From positions 1 to 27,939 of the IMG/VR virus record IMGVR_UViG_3300020172_001350: a stretch of DNA of 27,939 nucleotides; one strand, 5' to 3'. The DNA is from a virus. Taxonomy: Duplodnaviria > Caudoviricetes. Position 1 is the first letter of the stretch, and every line of letters begins with the position of its first letter. The notes below the pieces were generated by a model. It was not told the origin of the DNA. It searched no databases and was given only the letters and a program-made list of their open reading frames with translations. A program made the translations under genes and the position numbers. Below, in pieces: positions 17,687 to 24,496 of the stretch.

Positions 17687-17717
17687 ACCCCCTACCCTTT
17701 CGAGGGTGGGGGGTTTT
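17687..17717 (+). terminator. Intrinsic terminator
   Basis: CCCCCTACCCT-TTCG-AGGGTGGGGG stem with UUCG loop followed by TTTT. Confidence 0.85.
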
Positions 17718-17781
17718 CTCATGCCTCGATTCTGGCGCGCCAGATCGAGCGCGCCCAGCCCTCGCGCTCGAGGCCGCGAAA

Positions 17782-17865
17782 AGTTTGTGTCGGGTATAGG
17801 ACACTCATAGTCGGTTCGATCTTAGTTTGTGTCGGCGGTAGGTCACTCATAGTCGGCCTGATCTT
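17782..17865 (+). repeat. Tandem imperfect 42-bp direct repeat (2 copies)
   Basis: AGTTTGTGTCGGgtaTAGGaCACTCATAGTCGGttcGATCTT and AGTTTGTGTCGGcggTAGGtCACTCATAGTCGGcctGATCTT; 35/42 identical by manual alignment. Confidence 0.9.
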
Positions 17866-17878
17866 GCATGTTAGGTGC

Positions 17879-17936
17879 TAGACATAAGGCTTGACCTATG
17901 CGATAATTATCCTACTGGGGCAAAGTCTGCCTTAGT
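17879..17936 (+). promoter_or_regulatory. Predicted sigma-70/SigA-type early promoter P2 with 5' leader hairpin
   Basis: TAGACA (17879-17884), 17-bp spacer, GATAAT (17902-17907) with extended TG; hairpin ACTGGGGCA-aagtc-TGCCTTAGT (17914-17936) at the expected start site. Confidence 0.55.
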
Positions 17937-17944
17937 TCACCAAG

Positions 17945-17961
17945 TGCAGGATAATCCTGCA
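17945..17961. repeat. 17-bp palindrome, copy 2 (TGCAGGATAATCCTGCA)
   Basis: Between the P2 leader hairpin and the SD of the next gene. Confidence 0.95.
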
Positions 17962-17973
17962 GTCAGGAAGATC

Positions 17974-18126
17974 ATGATAACTCTAACCTCATGGGATCTA
18001 GTGGCGCTCACTATCGCGCTCACTTCATCCCTAATCGTAATCATCACCACCGCAGTTGCTAACCACCGACTCACCGAGTCACGCGATTACTGGCGCGACC
18101 AGTACCACAACCTCACGAACTGGTAA
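17974..18126 (+). CDS. Small single-pass membrane protein (50 aa)
   Basis: ATG 17974 after AGGAAG; hydrophobic stretch LVALTIALTSSLIVIITTAVA. Confidence 0.7.
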   Translation: MITLTSWDLVALTIALTSSLIVIITTAVANHRLTESRDYWRDQYHNLTNW

Positions 18127-18127
18127 G

Positions 18128-18144
18128 TGCAGGATAATCCTGCA
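18128..18144. repeat. 17-bp palindrome, copy 3
   Basis: Starts 1 bp after the TAA stop at 18126; extends to the 19-bp GTGCAGGATAATCCTGCAC. Confidence 0.95.
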
Positions 18145-18166
18145 CCGAGAAACGAAAGGATGAAGA

Positions 18167-19630
18167 ATGACTCTAACCCTAGATGATGTAGTCACCTGCA
18201 ATACATGGGGCTATGTCTCAACTGGTAGATGCGGCAACTGTCGCACTTACCAAGAACTATATGTAATCTCGATCATGAAAGACTCTCAAGAAGTGTGCGT
18301 GAACTGCCTCATGGCTAACCTTCGAGAAGTCTATCGCTACGGCGATATACTCACCGAGGAAGCACTCTACGCCGTCAGAGATAGCCGTCCTCGTCCAGAG
18401 GCCGACACTATCACTTGCTACTCATGCGAAGGCGTGAGTGACGGCACGACTGATCTAGTCGCTACATGGAACGGCAACGGGGAAGAAGTGTATGTCCACG
18501 ATAACTCGGACTGCTCCAAGTGGTGCGAGCGTTGTAGCACTCAGCATCCACGATATAACTGGCGCGTAGGTAGTTTCTATGCTGGTGATCTAGTCTTTCA
18601 GAACTTCGAGAAGATATTCGGTCAAGAGTGTTGCCAGAAGTGCCAAGAAGAACTCTTTGCCGATGCTGGTGGCTCGGATAATTTCTTCCACTGTCCAGCA
18701 TGTGAGAGCATGGAGATCCTAGACGATAGCGCCTACTTCAACGGCACTCGATACTGCGAGTCATGCTACGACAACTGTGTCTATACATGCGACGACTGTG
18801 GCGATCAGTATTGGGACGGCGACGGGCATCATTGCGAGGAAGATGGGTCTCACCTCATCAACTCGTACTCGTACAAGCCTCGCCCGTATTTCTTCGGCAC
18901 TGCTACCTATCACATGGGCTTCGAGTTAGAAGTCGAGTCTGACGGCAACTCCATCAGAGATGGTGCAGAAGTCGTGAGCAACGCTCTCGGTGAGCGTATC
19001 TATCTCAAAGAGGACGGCTCTCTCAATCAAGGCTTCGAGATCGTCACTCATCCCCACTCACTCGATGAGTACCAGCAGAAGTTCGATTGGTCGGCACTGC
19101 GACAACTTCGCAGGCTCGGCTTCCGTTCATGGGATACCAGTACATGCGGCCTGCATGTCCACGTATCACGCACTGCCTTCGGCTTCGCTCACAAGCGATC
19201 AGATATCGTCAAGGTTCAGGCTCATGAGTTACGCTTCATGAAACTGATCTACGACAATGATCGCCAGATCAGTAGGCTGGCCGGCCGTACCTCATCCTTT
19301 GCAACCTTCGAGGATAAGGGTCGCCTAGTTAGCAAGGTCAAGCATGGCAACCAAGAAAATGGTCGCTATTCTGCAATCAACTCCGAGAACTCGGAGACTC
19401 TCGAGGTTCGAGTGTTCAGAGGATCGCTCAAGCCTGAGCGTGTACTCATGGCACTAGAACTCGTTCAGTGTGCTGTCGAGTACACTCGCAACCTACATGT
19501 GAGCGCCAGTAATAAGGCTCTCTCATGGATGATGTTCACTCGGTATGTCGCAGACAATACCTCAACCTATCCGCACCTATTCACAGCCATGGAGAAGTCC
19601 TTCATGTCTGATTCAGTCCAAGAAAACTAA
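18167..19630 (+). CDS. Putative amidoligase (COOH-NH2 ligase, Amidoligase_2-like) with N-terminal Cys-rich Zn-ribbon repeats
   Basis: Motifs GFELEVE, KEDGSL..GFEIVTHP, TCGLHVHVS, RYSAIN, TLEVRVFRGSL; about eight CxxC pairs in the first ~225 aa; GAAAGGA SD. Confidence 0.88.
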   Translation: MTLTLDDVVTCNTWGYVSTGRCGNCRTYQELYVISIMKDSQEVCVNCLMANLREVYRYGDILTEEALYAVRDSRPRPEADTITCYSCEGVSDGTTDLVATWNGNGEEVYVHDNSDCSKWCERCSTQHPRYNWRVGSFYAGDLVFQNFEKIFGQECCQKCQEELFADAGGSDNFFHCPACESMEILDDSAYFNGTRYCESCYDNCVYTCDDCGDQYWDGDGHHCEEDGSHLINSYSYKPRPYFFGTATYHMGFELEVESDGNSIRDGAEVVSNALGERIYLKEDGSLNQGFEIVTHPHSLDEYQQKFDWSALRQLRRLGFRSWDTSTCGLHVHVSRTAFGFAHKRSDIVKVQAHELRFMKLIYDNDRQISRLAGRTSSFATFEDKGRLVSKVKHGNQENGRYSAINSENSETLEVRVFRGSLKPERVLMALELVQCAVEYTRNLHVSASNKALSWMMFTRYVADNTSTYPHLFTAMEKSFMSDSVQEN

Positions 19631-19631
19631 G

Positions 19632-19648
19632 TGCAGGATAATCCTGCA
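19632..19648. repeat. 17-bp palindrome, copy 4
   Basis: Starts 1 bp after the amidoligase TAA stop, inside the 35-bp gap before the amidotransferase. Confidence 0.95.
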
Positions 19649-19665
19649 GAAAAGAGATATGTAAA

Positions 19666-20508
19666 ATGTGTATGCTATGTGTAATTCCACCAAACGTAAT
19701 TCCCTCACGAGACAAGTTAGAAAACTCTGCTCTCAACAATCCTCATGGCTTCGGCTTCGCTATCGTAATTCCTAGCGAGAACCGCATCCATGTAGAACGC
19801 ACCATGAACGCCGATACATCCATCAAGCGCTTCCTCGAGATGCGTGGCAAGTATCCAGAAGGCTATGCCATGTGGCATGCACGATTCGCTACGCATGGCA
19901 CGACCACTGTGGACAACTGCCATCCATTCCAAGTAGGCGTGGGTAATCAACTCACCTACCTTGCACACAATGGCGTACTGCCGATCATTGAGCCTAAGGG
20001 TGATGATCGTAGTGATACGCGTATCTTTGCTGAGGATCTACTGCCTGCAATCGGTGGGGTTACTGCCCTAGATAACCCACAAGTGTCCAACCTCATTGAG
20101 GATTTCACTAATGGTTCCAAGGTATGTATTCTCACTGTAGATCCACGCGCTGAGTATCAGTGCTATCTGTATCACGCTGAGAAGGGCAAGAAGGATGAGT
20201 CAGGGGTCTGGTGGTCTAACGATTCCTGCTATCTCGACACCTACTCAGGTGCATGGAAGTCAGTCAACCCTTTAGACTTTGGCCTCGGCTTCGGCGGTTA
20301 CTCCGACGATAAGGATGTAAAGTGGCGCGAGTGTACTGTCTGCGAAACCTATGTAGATGAGGCCATGATCGAGGACTGGGATGATCACTACTGCATGGCA
20401 TGTGGATCATGCTACGACTGCAACACTTACCTTACCGACTGCCTGTGCTATCAGGGCAAGGGTAAGACATGGGCTGCCAACGGCAAGGAAGGTGGGTGGC
20501 AACTATGA
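19666..20508 (+). CDS. Class II (Ntn) glutamine amidotransferase with C-terminal Cys-rich tail
   Basis: N-terminal nucleophile Cys2 (MCML), NPHGFG, HARFATHG, NCHPF, AHNG and SDT motifs; C-terminal CTVC / CMACGSCYDC / CLC. Confidence 0.9.
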   Translation: MCMLCVIPPNVIPSRDKLENSALNNPHGFGFAIVIPSENRIHVERTMNADTSIKRFLEMRGKYPEGYAMWHARFATHGTTTVDNCHPFQVGVGNQLTYLAHNGVLPIIEPKGDDRSDTRIFAEDLLPAIGGVTALDNPQVSNLIEDFTNGSKVCILTVDPRAEYQCYLYHAEKGKKDESGVWWSNDSCYLDTYSGAWKSVNPLDFGLGFGGYSDDKDVKWRECTVCETYVDEAMIEDWDDHYCMACGSCYDCNTYLTDCLCYQGKGKTWAANGKEGGWQL

Positions 20509-20693
20509 GCAAGAAGCGTAAGCCAGTACCGCCTACCCCGTACTATCTAGGGGTACGCGCTGAACTATTCCTGCATGACGCCGAACAAGCGTTACGGGAA
20601 GGCAACAAGGAACGCCATGCTCAACTGATGCTCAGAGCCACTGAGTATCAGCGCATGGCTGGTCAACTACCAATGGAAGGTAACAATGGATAA
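20505..20693 (+). CDS. Hypothetical protein (62 aa, MSKKRKPVPPTPYY...)
   Basis: ATGA overlap with the amidotransferase stop supports a start at 20505. Confidence 0.7.
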   Translation: MSKKRKPVPPTPYYLGVRAELFLHDAEQALREGNKERHAQLMLRATEYQRMAGQLPMEGNNG

Positions 20694-20838
20694 ATACAAG
20701 GAAGCCCTGTGCTCTAAGTGCACCATGCCCATCATGGTCTTAGCGCACGACATGAGCGCAGGGTTTTATTGCCAACAATGTGCATGGGATAAAGTGGGCA
20801 CTGCAGGATTATCCTGCGGTCTAGCGGTGAGCAAGTGA
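20686..20838 (+). CDS. Small Zn-finger-like protein (50 aa, CSKC...CQQC); missing from the ORF track
   Basis: Translated by hand; GGAAGG SD; its stop overlaps the whiB GTG start (GTGA). Confidence 0.65.
   Translation: MDKYKEALCSKCTMPIMVLAHDMSAGFYCQQCAWDKVGTAGLSCGLAVSK
20802..20818. repeat. 17-bp palindrome, copy 5 (TGCAGGATTATCCTGCG, one terminal mismatch)
   Basis: Ends 16 bp upstream of the whiB start, inside the 3' end of the preceding small ORF. Confidence 0.9.
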
Positions 20839-21164
20839 CCGAGCATCACTTTCCTTTGTTCAATAACCCAGCGCTGTGTGCTGAGGTTGACCCCGAGATC
20901 TGGTTTCCAGAAGAAGGTGGCAACTCTAAGTACAAGACTCCTGCTGCGGTATATGCCAAGCAACTATGCAAGGCATGTCCAGCGATGCAAGAGTGTCGAG
21001 ATTATGCTCTAAAATATACTGGCCTGTTCGGTATATGGGGCGGTCTTGATCCAAGTGAACGCAGAGAGATACAAAAAACACTCAATATAGTCCCGATACA
21101 TGTGCTGAATACTACTCCAGCCATGCATGAGGGATTTACGGAAGGAAAACGAATAGATGGATAA
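20835..21164 (+). CDS. whiB: WhiB-family Fe-S transcriptional regulator
   Basis: Four conserved Cys (CAEVDPEIWFP...CKACPAMQEC) and the GIWGG turn; the family is characteristic of Actinobacteria and their phages. Confidence 0.95.
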   Translation: MTEHHFPLFNNPALCAEVDPEIWFPEEGGNSKYKTPAAVYAKQLCKACPAMQECRDYALKYTGLFGIWGGLDPSERREIQKTLNIVPIHVLNTTPAMHEGFTEGKRIDG

Positions 21165-21276
21165 AGATGAGATAGATTACTTCGCCATGACCATAAGGGA
21201 ATCCCTAAGCCTTATGTTTTGGACATCATTCGCAACCCTACTAGCGGTAGGGGCTATCTTAGCCCTTGCCTTATGA
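21157..21276 (+). CDS. Small membrane protein (39 aa, MDKDEIDYFAMTIRESLSLMFWTSFATLLAVGAILALAL); missing from the ORF track
   Basis: Translated by hand; overlaps the whiB stop; hydrophobic C-terminal half. Confidence 0.6.
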   Translation: MDKDEIDYFAMTIRESLSLMFWTSFATLLAVGAILALAL

Positions 21277-21286
21277 AAGGAATATC

Positions 21287-21466
21287 ATGCAAGTCTATCA
21301 AGATGAAGTAATGCGAGTCGCTGGATACATTGTTCAAGTGAGCGATGAGGACGGCAACGGAACATGGTCGTATGGAATGTTCGATGGATATGATGAGGCA
21401 TACGCGTTTATTGACGGCATGCTTTACTCAGTGATCGAGCCTGTCTATAAGCCAGTGAAACACTGA
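21287..21466 (+). CDS. Small acidic hypothetical protein (59 aa)
   Basis: ATG 21287 after GAAAGGA SD. Confidence 0.7.
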   Translation: MQVYQDEVMRVAGYIVQVSDEDGNGTWSYGMFDGYDEAYAFIDGMLYSVIEPVYKPVKH

Positions 21467-21468
21467 CC

Positions 21469-21591
21469 ATGCAAGTCGACGACCCTATCGCCAGAGGCGA
21501 TGATGAAGTATGTGACTCATGTAATCTAAAGGTCGCATATTGTGAGTGTTATGAGCCTGATGAAATCTTTGCAGAATACTACGGCGACTAG
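21469..21591 (+). CDS. Small acidic Cys-rich protein (40 aa, CDSC...CEC); missing from the ORF track
   Basis: Translated by hand; starts 2 bp after the previous stop and ends just before palindrome copy 6. Confidence 0.55.
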   Translation: MQVDDPIARGDDEVCDSCNLKVAYCECYEPDEIFAEYYGD

Positions 21592-21594
21592 CAC

Positions 21595-21611
21595 TGCAGG
21601 ATAATCCTGCA
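21595..21611. repeat. 17-bp palindrome, copy 6
   Basis: 3 bp after the last plus-strand stop and 3 bp before the terminator. Confidence 0.95.
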
Positions 21612-21614
21612 CTA

Positions 21615-21646
21615 GCCCCTCACGCACCCAGCGTGGGGGGTTTTTT
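21615..21646 (+). terminator. Intrinsic terminator closing the plus-strand module
   Basis: CCCCTCACGC-accca-GCGTGGGGGG followed by TTTTTT, at the convergence point of the two modules. Confidence 0.85.
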
Positions 21647-21786
21647 CATGCCTTCGTTTTGTGCCATCCATCGCCAGTCTTATGCTGGCACACGCACCCT
21701 GTACACTGGTCATGTAGACCAATAGCAAGATAAGTCTCACCTAACTTATTCGCCATGCCACCAGCGCGACACTTATCGCAGATCAC
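21646..21786 (-). CDS. Small Cys/His Zn-binding-like protein (46 aa, CDKC...HDQCTGCVCQH); missing from the ORF track
   Basis: Translated by hand; GTGA overlap with the upstream stop and GAGGA SD; its stop abuts the terminator. Confidence 0.65.
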   Translation of the reverse strand: MICDKCRAGGMANKLGETYLAIGLHDQCTGCVCQHKTGDGWHKTKA

Positions 21787-22088
21787 TCGGTGACTTCCTC
21801 AGCGGGCGCGGAAAAGGTTTGTGTTGGATTAGGATATTCATTGTCGTTTTTATCTTTCTCCATCAGCGGTGCGAATAAGTCAGAGGCATGAACGGCCTCA
21901 ACATACTGCTCGAAGTAACTTATCATCATGTAAAGATGAGTAGTAAGTTCGCCAAACGCATTGTCGATATTATTTAATGATTTAATAAACTTCGGATCCT
22001 GCTTCTTCACCCAAGTCTGATTCTCCAATTGGGTCTGTATGCTCAGGAGATTCTCCTTGAGATTCTTGAAGTCTGTTGGCTGCGTCAT
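21783..22088 (-). CDS. Hypothetical helical protein (101 aa, start MTQPTD)
   Basis: ATG 22088 with AGAGGA SD; overlaps the sigma gene 3' end. Confidence 0.6.
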   Translation of the reverse strand: MTQPTDFKNLKENLLSIQTQLENQTWVKKQDPKFIKSLNNIDNAFGELTTHLYMMISYFEQYVEAVHASDLFAPLMEKDKNDNEYPNPTQTFSAPAEEVTE

Positions 22089-22707
22089 TTGTTTCCTCTT
22101 CTGTGTAGTCGCGTTCCTTGCGTGGCTTACTGCCACCTAGGAAATTAATCAAATTGTTTAGTGCTCTGTTAACTCTCATACGTGCTGCATCTTCTGTGAT
22201 AGCCAGTTCCTTAGCAAAGGTTCTGTTATCGCACCCATCGCCGTAACGTAGAAATATAATACTCTTCTGCTCAGTGGTAAGTTTATCAAGTCCCCACTCA
22301 ATGTCGGCCATCATAGCAAACCAGTTGCCTCCCTCAGAGGCTACCTTCTTACCTGATACAAAACCTAGTTCAGCCATCGCTGGTGCTACTACATCACCTC
22401 TGATGACTGCTGGCAGTAGTGCCTCAACAAGTTCTTTGTCGTAGTAGTAGTTGTCCTCTACACGATAACCACCTATCTGCGCCTTCTGCTTCTGGCAGTA
22501 ATCCTTAGCAGCGTTACGCAGTGACCTAGCAATAAGTTTTATAGACTGCTTGCCTTCTAAATCTTCCCAGACCTTGACCTTGTTAGGGTGCTCAAGAAAC
22601 CACACCCATAACTCTTGACGAACATCATCAGCATCAACAATCTTGTATTTACGAGCGAATTCGTAAGCAATAGCACTCACAATTCCATCGTATCTTTCTA
22701 TCACCAT
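21982..22707 (-). CDS. Phage RNA polymerase sigma factor (sigma-70 family, ECF-like regions 2 and 4)
   Basis: Region 2-like DADDVRQELWVWFLE and RNAAKDY; region 4 HTH LDKLTTEQKSIIFLRYG...FAKELAITEDAARMRVNRALNNL. Confidence 0.85.
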   Translation of the reverse strand: MVIERYDGIVSAIAYEFARKYKIVDADDVRQELWVWFLEHPNKVKVWEDLEGKQSIKLIARSLRNAAKDYCQKQKAQIGGYRVEDNYYYDKELVEALLPAVIRGDVVAPAMAELGFVSGKKVASEGGNWFAMMADIEWGLDKLTTEQKSIIFLRYGDGCDNRTFAKELAITEDAARMRVNRALNNLINFLGGSKPRKERDYTEEETNDAANRLQESQGESPEHTDPIGESDLGEEAGSEVY

Positions 22708-23441
22708 TTGAATGTTTTACCATCCACTGTGAATGAGTTGTTGATAATAGGAACAAGTTGTGGGGTTACATTCTTCCCGTCTACATGCAAGATACCAAAG
22801 CCTTGTTGCCATGTGAATAGCCCTGCCTTGATGTATTTTGCATTACGATAATCCATAAGGTTTCCGAGTTCCATACCCCAGATAGTCTTAGGCTTACCAC
22901 CACGATAGGTTTGAGTCTGATGTGTTAGACCCATGCGATGCGTGTGACCACAGACAACGCTCATACCTGAGCGCTTTGCTAAGCCCAACGCAGTGGCTCC
23001 AGCCGTAGGCTGTACGTTTCCTTCATCACCATGCATGAGTAGCCAGCCTGGGGCTAGTTCATACGGATCAGTGTGATACTTGATCTCAAGTTCATTGAGT
23101 CCAAGAAAGTTCTCTAGTTGCAACTCAGGAAGACCAAGCAATCCTGGTGCTCGCATAGCAACTGTATTAAATAATCTATCTGTATGGTTGCTACGTACCA
23201 TGTGCTCAACGGTTAAGTCATAGAGCACTTGACGAGTGAGGTCTCGGTCACGTCCAATAGAGCGTTCAAACTCTAGTTCAGTTCCCTTACTCCACTTCGA
23301 GATCGTCTGCATATCCATCTCATCACCGCAGGATACTACAGTTTCAGGTTGATACCATTGAATGAACTTAGCCACTGCCTTCGTGGCTTCTACATCGTGA
23401 TATGGAACTTGAAGATCGGAGATGCAAACGATATTTTTCAT
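22701..23441 (-). CDS. Calcineurin-like metallophosphoesterase
   Basis: Motifs SDLQ, GDEMD, SNH, MHGD and GHTHR. Confidence 0.88.
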   Translation of the reverse strand: MKNIVCISDLQVPYHDVEATKAVAKFIQWYQPETVVSCGDEMDMQTISKWSKGTELEFERSIGRDRDLTRQVLYDLTVEHMVRSNHTDRLFNTVAMRAPGLLGLPELQLENFLGLNELEIKYHTDPYELAPGWLLMHGDEGNVQPTAGATALGLAKRSGMSVVCGHTHRMGLTHQTQTYRGGKPKTIWGMELGNLMDYRNAKYIKAGLFTWQQGFGILHVDGKNVTPQLVPIINNSFTVDGKTFKW

Positions 23442-23773
23442 GTCTTCTTTGTCGCTTTCTTCTTGGTTGTTTTCTTAGCGCGACGCTTGTTTTCTAGCCC
23501 AACGTTCTTACTCTTAGAGATAGTACGAAGGTTAGAAATTCTATCATCGCCTGCTCTACCACCGTTGTTCTTGTGATCTACTTCTGTTCCTCTGGGTAGT
23601 GTTTTTCCTGTGGCCTTTTCGTAATCAACTCGAGCCTTATTGCTAGAAGTTGTAACCACTTTACCATCTTTAGTCCGTTTCTTAATCACATAGATTGGTC
23701 GTCCACCGTTTTGTTCGCTACCTTTGTAAGGTCCGAAGATACGCTTGATTGTTTTTTTGATTGACTTTTTCAT
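23438..23773 (-). CDS. HNH endonuclease-like protein with basic tails
   Basis: EVDHKNN...DDRISNLRTISKSKN motif; ATGA overlaps at both ends. Confidence 0.75.
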   Translation of the reverse strand: MKKSIKKTIKRIFGPYKGSEQNGGRPIYVIKKRTKDGKVVTTSSNKARVDYEKATGKTLPRGTEVDHKNNGGRAGDDRISNLRTISKSKNVGLENKRRAKKTTKKKATKKT

Positions 23774-24153
23774 TCTGCTGGCCATTTACCTTTCAGTACC
23801 ATTAGTGCGATGATTGAATAGTTGGCTAAGTCAGCAAAGGAATCCTCAAGTGATTCATTCTGTGCATCCTTGCCAGTATCGATGAGATTGTTGATACGTG
23901 CTACCTTGTCCCACATACGAACACGGAGGCCATTGAGTGGGCCTCCAGGACTTTGTGAGATATTCTTTGGGCCGTAGTCGGCATGTTTCTTGATGAGCAG
24001 GTTAGTGAGTGCATCACTGATCTCCCAGATGTCTAACTCAAATTGGTTAGGCTCAGGTATATCAAAAGCATACTCAGTTACCTTCTGCGGTGGCTCCCAC
24101 TTGTAATCATGGGCAACCATGTCTCTTACACTAAGTCGTTTAATCTTTTTCAT
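23770..24153 (-). CDS. Nucleotide-modification-associated domain 1 (Nmad1/DUF1599-like, MazG/dUTPase-like helical fold)
   Basis: KKHADYG...RMWDKVARINNL...ESLEDSFADLANYSII pattern. Confidence 0.8.
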   Translation of the reverse strand: MKKIKRLSVRDMVAHDYKWEPPQKVTEYAFDIPEPNQFELDIWEISDALTNLLIKKHADYGPKNISQSPGGPLNGLRVRMWDKVARINNLIDTGKDAQNESLEDSFADLANYSIIALMVLKGKWPAE

Positions 24154-24496
24154 CTCCGTCTTTCTTAAGTAGTCTTTCTAGGTCGCTCATCATCTCATTC
24201 ATCTCAGAGGCTACTACTGCCTCTTCAACAAATTCTTCTAGGTCTCCCTCACTTGCATTGACCATCATGAGGGTTGCATCTTGCACGATACTCCATGCAT
24301 CATCGAGATCACCCTTGTTGACGGTCTCGTTGAGGAGGCTCAAAAACGTATATAAATCAAAGGAAAAACGCTTATTTAGGCGTACTTGCCAACCAAATTC
24401 GATGCCACAGTGATCCATAAACTCAAAGATATCTGCCGTTGCAAACGAGCACTTATCTTCACATCTAAACACGCCGTTCTTATCAGGCATTAACAT
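24140..24496 (-). CDS. Hypothetical protein with N-terminal C-x3-C...H-C metal-binding-like motif
   Basis: 118-aa ORF coupled to both neighbours. Confidence 0.7.
   Translation of the reverse strand: MLMPDKNGVFRCEDKCSFATADIFEFMDHCGIEFGWQVRLNKRFSFDLYTFLSLLNETVNKGDLDDAWSIVQDATLMMVNASEGDLEEFVEEAVVASEMNEMMSDLERLLKKDGDEKD

Noticed and set aside
21287-21591. Small acidic proteins as Pup-like tags for the amidoligase
   Set aside because: Neither ends in the GGE/GGQ motif (they end in PVKH and YYGD).
16878-21611. The 17-bp palindromes as a CRISPR array
   Set aside because: Spacing is irregular (183 bp to about 1.5 kb), the intervals are whole genes, and the repeat is too short.
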